In this document: piece by piece, positions 19,046 to 27,993 of the stretch
How positions within the stretch are numbered: position 1 is the stretch's first letter
How the letters are laid out: every line of letters begins with the position of its first letter
Assembly: GCA_013153865.1 (NCBI GenBank)
Contig: JAADDR010000188.1
Span: forward strand, 1 to 49,234
Origin: Chlorobiota bacterium
GTDB lineage: Bacteria; Bacteroidota; Bacteroidia; Bacteroidales; JAADGE01
Direction: 5' to 3'
Length of the DNA stretch: 49,234 bases
The notes under the pieces: generated by a model
Database searches by the model: none
What the model was told of the DNA's origin: nothing
What the model saw: only the letters and a program-made list of their open reading frames with translations
Program-made: the position numbers and the translations under genes

Positions 19046-19801
19046 ATGAAAAAAATAATATTCTTACTCCTAATCTTTTCACTTTTATCTCAATATACTT
19101 ACGCACAAAGACGCAAATCAACGGTAAAATGGTTCAGCATAGCCGCAAAAGCAGGATACGGAAACTCCGTACTCCTCAACATAGACAATATAGAAGACGG
19201 AAACGTCGAATTTGATTACCTGACGCCGAGTTTGTCGCTCGGAGGTCGTTTTACGTTCACATACGGAAACAACCTCGGTTTCGGTCTCGACATACTGCAC
19301 TCATCTTTCGGACAAAATTACACAATAGACAACAACGGAGATATTTACGAAAAAAATTTAGACCTCACCTCTCTCGATATCCTTCCTTTTTTCAGATATT
19401 CAAGCGATAAAGGAACATATCTGGAACTCGGGCTGAAATTCTCAAACATAAAATCAATCGACGTTACAAATTCCGTAGACAGAAACTTTACTCAAAATTC
19501 AGATAACATTGATGATTATTATGCCTCAAATTTCACAAGTATGGTACTGGGATTCGGAATAGCCGTTTACAAAAACGAACGACTCGACATAAACCTCGGC
19601 ACTCGCTTCTCATACTCGTTCACGGACATTACGCCCGAATACTCTTTCAACGTAGTTGACGACGGATATTACTCACCGTCAAAAGAAGTCTTGAGCGAAA
19701 CAAACCCGGTATCAATACAAGGAATTTTGGAAATAAACTATTTTTTTGCATTTTGGGGCGATGCCACATGCGGCAAAGGCCGACTCATGTTGTTTAAATA
19801 A
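19046..19801 (+). CDS. Outer-membrane beta-barrel protein (small, porin-family-like)
   Basis: ATG 19046 (MKKIIFLL) signal peptide; alternating amphipathic strands (GGRFTFTY, GTYLELG, INLGTRFSYSF, ILEINYFF). Confidence 0.7.
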   Translation: MKKIIFLLLIFSLLSQYTYAQRRKSTVKWFSIAAKAGYGNSVLLNIDNIEDGNVEFDYLTPSLSLGGRFTFTYGNNLGFGLDILHSSFGQNYTIDNNGDIYEKNLDLTSLDILPFFRYSSDKGTYLELGLKFSNIKSIDVTNSVDRNFTQNSDNIDDYYASNFTSMVLGFGIAVYKNERLDINLGTRFSYSFTDITPEYSFNVVDDGYYSPSKEVLSETNPVSIQGILEINYFFAFWGDATCGKGRLMLFK

Positions 19802-19810
19802 AAAAATCCG

Positions 19811-20782
19811 ATGCCTGAAATAAACGAAATAAGGGCTTTTATTAAGCCCGAAATGGAAAAATTCGAATCATTTTTCAAAAATGCCGTTAAAAGTAATGTC
19901 CCGCTGTTAGACATTATAATGAACTACATCATCAGAAGAAAAGGAAAGCAAATGAGACCAATGTTTGTTTTCCTTTCGGCAAAACTTGCCGGAGGAGTTA
20001 CCGAAAGCACTTACACGGCAGCAGCTCTTATAGAACTGTTGCATACCGCAACACTTATACACGACGATGTTGTTGACAATTCAGACAAACGAAGAGGTTT
20101 CCTTTCCGTAAATGCTCTCTGGAGATCTAAAATTGCCGTATTGGCAGGCGACTACCTGCTTTCAAAAGGATTATTACTTGCCGTTCAAAACAAAGAATTC
20201 AAACTTCTCGAAATAGTTTCCGAAGCCGTTAAAGAAATGGCGGAAGGAGAATTAATGCAAATAGAAAAATCCCGAAAATTAGACATAAACGAAAAAACAT
20301 ACTTTGACATAATATACAAAAAAACCGCAACACTTATAGCTTCATGTACGGCGGCAGGTGCGGCTTCGGCCGGAATAAACGGCGAAAACCTCGAAAAATT
20401 CAAACAATTCGGCAAATATGCAGGAATTACTTTTCAAATAAAAGACGACCTTTTTGATTATCAAAAAACAAACCTTACGGGAAAACCTTCCGGCAACGAC
20501 ATACAAGAAAAAAAAATGACTCTGCCCTTGATTCACGCCCTCGAAAATGCCGAAAAAAACGAAAAAAAACATATTCTTAAACTTATAGGTAAACACGACA
20601 GAAAAAAACACATTCCCGAAATAATTAACTTTGTTAAAAAGAAAGACGGACTAAAATATACCGAACAAAAAATGATTGAATATAAAAACAATGCACTCAA
20701 TAATTTAAGCAATTTCCCCGACAGCGAAGCAAAAAAATATCTCTCGGATTTAGTCGAATACATTACTTCCAGAAAAAAATAA
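19811..20782 (+). CDS. ispB: Polyprenyl (octaprenyl-type) diphosphate synthase
   Basis: GKQMRP; FARM ATLIHDDVVD..RRG; SARM FQIKDDLFD; KKTA. Ala five residues before the FARM fits long-chain products. Confidence 0.88.
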   Translation: MPEINEIRAFIKPEMEKFESFFKNAVKSNVPLLDIIMNYIIRRKGKQMRPMFVFLSAKLAGGVTESTYTAAALIELLHTATLIHDDVVDNSDKRRGFLSVNALWRSKIAVLAGDYLLSKGLLLAVQNKEFKLLEIVSEAVKEMAEGELMQIEKSRKLDINEKTYFDIIYKKTATLIASCTAAGAASAGINGENLEKFKQFGKYAGITFQIKDDLFDYQKTNLTGKPSGNDIQEKKMTLPLIHALENAEKNEKKHILKLIGKHDRKKHIPEIINFVKKKDGLKYTEQKMIEYKNNALNNLSNFPDSEAKKYLSDLVEYITSRKK

Positions 20783-20995
20783 ATCCGGACTTGTTAACCT
20801 TTCGTTACCCCTCAACACTTGCAAAAACGACTTTAATTATTATACATTTAAGGCAAGTTTTTTATTTTTTGATTAATGAGCTTTATCCTTTGACAAAAGC
20901 CGTTAAACTTTATAAAATTTGCACTAATTTTGTAAATTATATTTAGGTATGCACCTTTTTGCATAAAATATAAGTCTAAAAAAAAATCATTAATT

Positions 20996-23900
20996 ATGAA
21001 AAAAATTAACAAACCCGCATTTATCATAAAATATTTGGTATATATATCCGCAACTTTGCTGCTTTTTTCAGGCACAAGCATATTTGCTCAAAAAAAAGCA
21101 GTATATTCCAAAAATTCAATTAGAATCTTAAAAACAGGACCGACAAATACTAAAGCGGAAAGCAATAAAAACAAAACAAAATATTCATCCGCAATAACGG
21201 TAAAATCCGCAAAAGCAACATCAATATGGTCGGATGACTTCGAAACCGATAAAGGTTGGACTTTAACCGGAGAATGGGAAAGAGGAACTCCTGCAGGATT
21301 AGGAGGAGAGCACGGCAACCCTGACCCGACAAATGCTTATGACGGCAATAATATATTAGGACTTGATTTAAGCGGTCAAGGTGCTTATCCCGGAGATTAC
21401 GAACCTAATTTATCAGACAGGCAAGAAACGGCAACATCACCGGCAATAGATTGTTCGAACTATTATGATATAACATTGGACTTTCAGCGTTGGCTTGACG
21501 TGGAAAGAAACAGTTATGACCATGCATATTTAGATGTTTATGACGGAAGTGCATGGCAAAATGTGTGGGCAAACGGCAATTCAACAATTCAGGAAAATTC
21601 ATGGAACTCACAAACAATTGACGTTTCTGCTTATGCTGACGGTAACTCTGATTTCAGAATAAGATTCTCGGTAGGAGCATCAGACGGCAGTTGGCAATAT
21701 TGCGGATGGAACATAGATGCAATCTCTTTAACGGGGAACTTTTCCGGTGCAAATACCATAACCGCAGGAAGCGGCAGTGAACCTGCAACAATATCCTCAA
21801 TTACCGATGCACAAGCAGAAGCCGTTCTGAATTTTGATTTTACCGTTACCGATGACGGCTCTAATCCTGCCTTTGATGCTTCAAACACTCAATTTAATCA
21901 AATAAGTATTTTTCAAGGAACCGGAAACGATGTAACAGACTGGACTCAAGCAATAGACGGAGCCGAACTTTCCGACGGAACCAATACCGTTCTCGGCACA
22001 ATTAACAGCGACAATATTACTTTCGCATCCTTACCGGATGCCGCAGACGGAGATTTCGGATTTATAACCGATGACGGAAGCAAAACTTATTCTCTAAAAA
22101 TATGGTTAAAATCTTCTCTCGGCGGAACTCTTCCGGAAAACATAGACGGAATGAACTTCGTATTTGAAGTAACAACTTCCTCTTTTCTTCTCGAAACATC
22201 AAGCAGCAGTTTTGCAGCCGGAGAATCCGAAGAATCGGGAAGCTCTAATAACGAAGTTACGGTTGACGTAACACAATTACTCTTTACCGGACAACCTTCC
22301 GCAACGGCAACTTCGGGAACGGCTCTCGACCAACAACCCGTAGTATCGGCAACCGACGAAAACGGAAATACGGATACGGATTATTCCGGAACGGTTACCT
22401 TATCTAATACAGGAACATTAAGCATGACAAATAATTCCGTAACGGCATCCGCCGGAGTAGCCGATTTTTCGGGAAGCGGATTTCAATTTACAACCGGCGG
22501 AGAATACGTTATGCTCACTGCAAGTGACGGTACTTACAATTCCGTTTATCCTTCAAGAGAAATCGCCGTTGATATTATAGGATGTGAAATATATTCGGAA
22601 AATTTTGACTCTTTCGGAACAACATCCGATTTAGACGGATCAGACGGTTGGGCATATACGGAAAATACAAGTTCTGTTAACGATTGGGGAATAGCTGCAA
22701 GAAGCGGAAACGGAAATTGCTTAACAATATACAACGGAACTACGGCAAATCAATACAATACGGGAGATGATGCAGATATAATCGCTTATTGCACAACCCC
22801 TGTTGATGCAACCGGATATAAAAATGTTTCAATAGATATTGATTGGGAAGCATACGGAGAATCTTCCGGAAGTACCATATATGATTACGGGCAAATTATG
22901 TGGTCAACCGACGGTACCAATTGGTCAATTGCAAATGCAAATTTCTTTAAAGACGAATTGTCGTGGACCTCCGGAACTTATGACCTTTCTGTTGTTGACG
23001 GACAAACTTTTTACATCGGATTCAGGTGGGTTAACGACGGTTCTGCAGGTACAAACCCTCCTTTTGCAATTGATAACATCTCAATAAAAGGCATTCCGGA
23101 CTTCAAATATAACTTCTCATACAGAAACGATATCTTTAAACAAATTACCGGAACGGTAATAAGCGTTGATTCTAATGACGGAGCAAATATCAGCTTACCT
23201 TCGGGTTTTGATTTCCAATATGACGGAACAGCAATAAGCAGCGTAAGAGTTAATCTGAACGGATGGGTCGAAATGGGAACATCTCATACTGCAAATGCCG
23301 AAACAAACAGTTTAATAAGTACAAGCGAAGTTCCGTTTTTAGCTCCTTTTTGGGACGACCTTGATTCAGACGACCAAACTCGTATAATATACGCCGTTTC
23401 AGGAGACGCTCCCACACGCGTATTTACAATAGAATGGCTTGACGTACTTTGGGGAGGAGAAAGAGAAAATTTTCAAGTAAAACTTTATGAAACTTCGGAT
23501 ATTATCGAATTCTGGTACGGAGCAATGCATACAAACTCATCCGGAAGCGCATCAATAGGAATAAACAATGCGGGGCTGTGCATGAATAAACTTATAAGTA
23601 TCACGCCGGCAGCAACTCCCATAGCTTCTTATAATGCCGAAAATTCCGGTATTAACTCGACAACAAACCTCAGCGAAGGATTAGTTTATATCTTTAATCC
23701 TTTAAACATGCAGTCCTACTATTCGTGGCAAAATGCAACAATAGTAGTAGGACAAGTTGATTTCACGACAACAAGTACTGCCGTTGACCAATCAACAGCA
23801 TCCGGAGCAAACAGTTCCTCGGTAAGCTCTAAAGGAGTCTTAGCAGTAGGTTCGTATTACAGAAACCGTATTTTATTGTGGAATACGCTGCCTGAAACAA

Positions 23901-26900
23901 ACGGTGTTGCTGCAGATGTTGTTGTAGGACAATCGAGTTTTACAACAAGCGGATCGGGAACGTCAAGTACCGAATTGAACGGACCTTACAATGTTTGCTT
24001 CAGCCCCGACGGAGAAAAACTTCTTATAGCCGATGCAAAAAATAACAGAGTTCTGATTTGGAACTCAATTCCGACATCTAACGGAGCCGCTGCCGATGTT
24101 GTTGTCGGACAAACCGACTTCACAAGCAGTTCTTCGGGAACGGCGGCAAACAAATTAAATTCACCTACCGGAATAATAGTTTTACCCGACGGCAGACTTT
24201 TAGTTACGGATAACGGAAACAACAGAGTTCTGATATTTAATTCCATACCGGAAGAAAACGGTGCAAGTGCCGATGTTGTTATAGGACAACCGGATTTTAC
24301 AAGCAACTCATCGGGTTCAGATGCCGACGAACTGGACAGCCCGTGGGATTGCGCTTATACTCCCGAAGGCAAATTGATAATCTCCGATAACGGTGCTCCT
24401 TCTTCAGGAAATCACAGATTATTAGTGTTTAATGATGTGCCGACATATAACGGAGCCGCTGCCGATGTTGTTATAGGAAATACTGTTTTTGCCGCAAAAG
24501 AAGCGGGAACAACAAAAGATGAATTTGACCAACCCAGTGTAACATGTTCCGTAGAAGGAAAACTTGCCGTTGCAGATTTCGGAAACAGCCGTGTTATGCT
24601 GTATAATCGTGTGCCGGCATACAACGGAGCTCCTGCTGATTATGTACTCGGGCAACCTTATTTCGAAACAAAACCGGAATTTAATGACGGTTATGATAAC
24701 AGCGGCAGTGCGGATGCCAGAAATATGTATTTTCCCTACAGTATTTGTTTCGACTTAAACGGCAGACTTTATGCAAACGGCACTAATCCTCAAGGAAACG
24801 GGATGCACAGAGTAATGGTTTACGGAGAAACTCCTTCGGAAACAGCAGACTTAGAAGTTATGATTGAACCCGACCAAACAACTGTTTGTGTTTATAACGA
24901 TGTCGAATACAGCGTTATAGTCGTAAACCACGGACCCGATGATGCTTACAGCGTTACCGTAAATGCTCAATTACCTTTAGGTTTTGATGCCTCTGATTAT
25001 TCCGCTCAAGACGGTTCCACTTACAACCAAAAATCCGGTTATTGGAATATCCCTTATATTGCAAACGGAGATACGGCTCGCCTTACTTTCTCGGGAACCG
25101 TTCAACCGGATTTATCCGGAGACGGCGACGTAATTGCATATGCAAATACAGTAGCTTCAAGCCAAAAAGACAGTGATTACAGCAATAATGCCGATAATGC
25201 AACAGTTGCCGTAAGAGATTACTATGCTCCGACAATATCCGAAATAGACGACCAATATATCCCGAGAGACTCTCATACTATTCCGGTAATTGATTTTACC
25301 GTTGACGACGGAGACGGTCTGAGCGACATAACATCTTATACGGCAACATCTTCAAATACTGTGCTTATTCCGGTTGATTATACAAATAATATAATATTCG
25401 GCGGAACAGAACCGGATAAAACTCTTGACATAGTACCCGCCGCAGGAGAATACGGATATTCCGACATGTCGGTAATAGTTACGGACTCGCACGGCTGCTA
25501 TAACGAAGAACCTTTTAAAGTAATTGTCGGAAACTTCTGGGAAGGAGACGATGCAAGCTCTCCTACGGATTGGACGGTTACGGAAAATTGGTCATCAGCG
25601 GTTCCAACTTCAACACTCGAAGCCATCATACCGACTTCTCCCGTAGGAGGATTCTTTCCCGTTATAGATGTTTCGGGTGCAGAATGCGAAGACCTGCTTA
25701 TAGAACCCAGAGCATCGGTAACAATATCCGACACCTACGGATTACATGTTTACGGTGATTTTTACATCCAATCGGATGCAAACGGAACAGGTTCTTTTAC
25801 CGACTTAAATACGGCAGGATTTAATCAAGTTACAATCGACGGAGATATATTCGTTGACAGATACATTACACCGGATGCATGGCATTATGTTTCCAGCCCG
25901 CTGACCGGAGCAACAAATAAAGTCCTTACGGAAAATGTTTGCAGTAATTATAACGGAAATGTTCTGGATTATAACGAAGCATTCTCGACAGATTATGATA
26001 ATGACGGTGACATTGACTGGTTTGACGGTTGGGAATGGCCGTGGTATAACACCGTAAATAACGACGAACTGGAAGTAACAAACGGATATGCATATTATAC
26101 ATTTGCGGGAGTATGTACCGACAATGTGCAATTTACCGGCTCGGGAGTAACTTTAAATACAGGTAATTATTCTTACACCGTTACAAATAACGACGATTCG
26201 GATGATCACCGAGGCTGGAATTTGGTAGGAAACCCCTATCCTTCGGGGTTAAATGCCGACAACTTCCTTTCTTCAAATTCAAGTGTCATTGACGAAACGG
26301 TATATTTATGGGATGAACCGGGAAGTACAGGATTCGACCTCGAAGGATCCGATTACGCATCTTATAATCCGACATTGGGAGGAGCCGTCGGAACAGGTTC
26401 CGGCACGGTAATTCCGGATAAATATTTAAGTTGCGGTCAAGCATTCTTTGTTCACAGAACAAATACCGATATTCTCGGAACAAACATAAACTTTACAAAC
26501 GATATGCGCGAAACGGAAAACAGCTCTTTCTTTAAAAAAGCGGCTGTCGAAGTTCCCAAAATAAAACTCAGCTTAAGAAGCACTCAGGGCTTTTACAACG
26601 AAACGGTTATCGGAATGGTTGCAGATGCAACGTTAGGAAGAGATTCAAAATATGACGGCTTAAAAATAGAAGGAAACAGAGATTTTGCTTTTTATTCAAA
26701 AATAGGAACACGTAATTTCGTATTTCAAGGCATTCCTTTTGTAACCGGCAAAAGTTCCGTTTCGGTTCCCCTCGGATTCCATGCCGGGCTGACGGGTACT
26801 TATATACTTAATGCCGGATTAATAGAATATTTCCCCGATTCCGTAGGTTTGTATCTTGAAGATACTTATACAGGTAATTTTACGGATTTGAAAAAAGAAA

Positions 26901-27520
26901 GAACCGATACGTTTGAAATAACCGAACCCGGAAGATATGACGACAGATTTATTTTACATTTCAACCTGAATCATGCGCCGTATGCCGATTACATAGAAGA
27001 CAAATTTGTATATGCAAACGAAAGTTTTAAAATAGTAATACCCGCAGAAACTTTTAAAGACGAAGATGCAGGAAGTTCTTTATCGTTTGCGGCAAGCTTA
27101 TCCGACGGTTCTTCATTGCCTTCGTGGATAAGATTTAATAACGAAACACTGACTTTTTACGGTGCCCCCTCACAAGAAAATACAGGCACATACGGTATAA
27201 AAATAACGGCAACGGATAATGCGGGAGCCTCGGCAAGCAGCGATTTCTTACTGTCGGTATTGGAAACAAGTTCGGTTTCCGAAATAAACAACGATTTCGG
27301 AATTTATCCTAATCCTACAAACGGTATACTATTTATAAAATCTAAAGAAAATATTGTTTTTGATTATACGGTTACCGATCTTACCGGAAAAATCATGATA
27401 CATAAAAAAGCCGTTTCAAACACCGAACAGGTTAACTTATCCGAATTTTCAAACGGTATTTACTTCGTAAATATAATTTCGGATAACAATGTTTTAACTT
27501 TTAAAGTTATAAGAAGATAA
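20996..27520 (+). CDS. Large multidomain T9SS (type A CTD) cargo, adhesin-like: two MAM/lectin-like jelly rolls, Ig-like, NIDO-like, NHL-like propeller, DUF11, cadherin/He_PIG-like domains
   Basis: Signal peptide; C-terminal IYPNPTNG...DLTGK...GIYFVNI...FKVIRR; FLAPFWDDL; ADLEV...VVNHGPDDA (DUF11); GWNLVGNPYPS; DGSSLPSWIRFN...ITATD (CADG/He_PIG). Confidence 0.88.
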   Translation: MKKINKPAFIIKYLVYISATLLLFSGTSIFAQKKAVYSKNSIRILKTGPTNTKAESNKNKTKYSSAITVKSAKATSIWSDDFETDKGWTLTGEWERGTPAGLGGEHGNPDPTNAYDGNNILGLDLSGQGAYPGDYEPNLSDRQETATSPAIDCSNYYDITLDFQRWLDVERNSYDHAYLDVYDGSAWQNVWANGNSTIQENSWNSQTIDVSAYADGNSDFRIRFSVGASDGSWQYCGWNIDAISLTGNFSGANTITAGSGSEPATISSITDAQAEAVLNFDFTVTDDGSNPAFDASNTQFNQISIFQGTGNDVTDWTQAIDGAELSDGTNTVLGTINSDNITFASLPDAADGDFGFITDDGSKTYSLKIWLKSSLGGTLPENIDGMNFVFEVTTSSFLLETSSSSFAAGESEESGSSNNEVTVDVTQLLFTGQPSATATSGTALDQQPVVSATDENGNTDTDYSGTVTLSNTGTLSMTNNSVTASAGVADFSGSGFQFTTGGEYVMLTASDGTYNSVYPSREIAVDIIGCEIYSENFDSFGTTSDLDGSDGWAYTENTSSVNDWGIAARSGNGNCLTIYNGTTANQYNTGDDADIIAYCTTPVDATGYKNVSIDIDWEAYGESSGSTIYDYGQIMWSTDGTNWSIANANFFKDELSWTSGTYDLSVVDGQTFYIGFRWVNDGSAGTNPPFAIDNISIKGIPDFKYNFSYRNDIFKQITGTVISVDSNDGANISLPSGFDFQYDGTAISSVRVNLNGWVEMGTSHTANAETNSLISTSEVPFLAPFWDDLDSDDQTRIIYAVSGDAPTRVFTIEWLDVLWGGERENFQVKLYETSDIIEFWYGAMHTNSSGSASIGINNAGLCMNKLISITPAATPIASYNAENSGINSTTNLSEGLVYIFNPLNMQSYYSWQNATIVVGQVDFTTTSTAVDQSTASGANSSSVSSKGVLAVGSYYRNRILLWNTLPETNGVAADVVVGQSSFTTSGSGTSSTELNGPYNVCFSPDGEKLLIADAKNNRVLIWNSIPTSNGAAADVVVGQTDFTSSSSGTAANKLNSPTGIIVLPDGRLLVTDNGNNRVLIFNSIPEENGASADVVIGQPDFTSNSSGSDADELDSPWDCAYTPEGKLIISDNGAPSSGNHRLLVFNDVPTYNGAAADVVIGNTVFAAKEAGTTKDEFDQPSVTCSVEGKLAVADFGNSRVMLYNRVPAYNGAPADYVLGQPYFETKPEFNDGYDNSGSADARNMYFPYSICFDLNGRLYANGTNPQGNGMHRVMVYGETPSETADLEVMIEPDQTTVCVYNDVEYSVIVVNHGPDDAYSVTVNAQLPLGFDASDYSAQDGSTYNQKSGYWNIPYIANGDTARLTFSGTVQPDLSGDGDVIAYANTVASSQKDSDYSNNADNATVAVRDYYAPTISEIDDQYIPRDSHTIPVIDFTVDDGDGLSDITSYTATSSNTVLIPVDYTNNIIFGGTEPDKTLDIVPAAGEYGYSDMSVIVTDSHGCYNEEPFKVIVGNFWEGDDASSPTDWTVTENWSSAVPTSTLEAIIPTSPVGGFFPVIDVSGAECEDLLIEPRASVTISDTYGLHVYGDFYIQSDANGTGSFTDLNTAGFNQVTIDGDIFVDRYITPDAWHYVSSPLTGATNKVLTENVCSNYNGNVLDYNEAFSTDYDNDGDIDWFDGWEWPWYNTVNNDELEVTNGYAYYTFAGVCTDNVQFTGSGVTLNTGNYSYTVTNNDDSDDHRGWNLVGNPYPSGLNADNFLSSNSSVIDETVYLWDEPGSTGFDLEGSDYASYNPTLGGAVGTGSGTVIPDKYLSCGQAFFVHRTNTDILGTNINFTNDMRETENSSFFKKAAVEVPKIKLSLRSTQGFYNETVIGMVADATLGRDSKYDGLKIEGNRDFAFYSKIGTRNFVFQGIPFVTGKSSVSVPLGFHAGLTGTYILNAGLIEYFPDSVGLYLEDTYTGNFTDLKKERTDTFEITEPGRYDDRFILHFNLNHAPYADYIEDKFVYANESFKIVIPAETFKDEDAGSSLSFAASLSDGSSLPSWIRFNNETLTFYGAPSQENTGTYGIKITATDNAGASASSDFLLSVLETSSVSEINNDFGIYPNPTNGILFIKSKENIVFDYTVTDLTGKIMIHKKAVSNTEQVNLSEFSNGIYFVNIISDNNVLTFKVIRR
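23735..24830 (+). repeat. Six ~59-aa intragenic repeats (ADVVVGQxDF ... NxRVL[IV][WF]N), probable 6-bladed NHL-like propeller
   Basis: Repeat starts at 23735, 23912, 24092, 24269, 24461 and 24635 (spacings 177, 180, 177, 192, 174 bp). Confidence 0.85.
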
Positions 27521-27540
27521 TAAATACTGCGAGAATAGAG

Positions 27541-27575
27541 AAGAGTGACTTAAAACGGTCACTCTTTTTCTTTTT
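27541..27575. terminator. Terminator hairpin between convergent genes, overlapping the stop codon of the SiaC-like gene
   Basis: AAGAGTGAC (27541-27549) / GTCACTCTT (27558-27566) followed by a T-rich tract. Confidence 0.75.
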
Positions 27576-27936
27576 TAACGACTTCGAAAGGAATATTAAA
27601 GATTTCCGATAAATCGTTTCCGGTTATTTCATTATCAATATCATCTTCGTTAACCACCCATTTTACCGTAATATCTTTTCCGGATTTATATTGATTATTC
27701 AAAAATATTAAAATTCTGATAAGTTTTTTTAACGAATCACTGTTAAATATACCGTAATGAAAACGGCAAACCAACCTGTCGTTAAAATCGGAAAACTGAC
27801 GCTCTAATTCCTGCAAAGCCGTATCATACAAGTCGTTAACAAAGAATCCGTTAGAATCCCCGATTATTTCAAATATTCCGTCTTTAACGGAGATTTTGAC
27901 AAAAGGAGTATTTTTTGTTTTATCGATAATAAACAT
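27559..27936 (-). CDS. SiaC/DUF1987-like small regulatory protein (divergent)
   Basis: IDKTKNTPFV, FEIIGDS, YGIFNSDSLKKL, ITVKWVVNEDDID...G.DLSEIFNIPFEVV follow the DUF1987 layout. Confidence 0.75.
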   Translation of the reverse strand: MFIIDKTKNTPFVKISVKDGIFEIIGDSNGFFVNDLYDTALQELERQFSDFNDRLVCRFHYGIFNSDSLKKLIRILIFLNNQYKSGKDITVKWVVNEDDIDNEITGNDLSEIFNIPFEVVKKEKE

Positions 27937-27970
27937 AATGCAAGTGCCGTATAAAAATTTGTGAGTTATA

Positions 27971-27978
27971 CAAAGATA
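27971..27978 (-). promoter_or_regulatory. -7 promoter element for the SiaC-like gene
   Basis: Reverse strand reads TATCTTTG (TAnnTTTG), about 35 bp upstream of the ATG. Confidence 0.45.
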
Positions 27979-27993
27979 TAAAAAAAAATCGGA

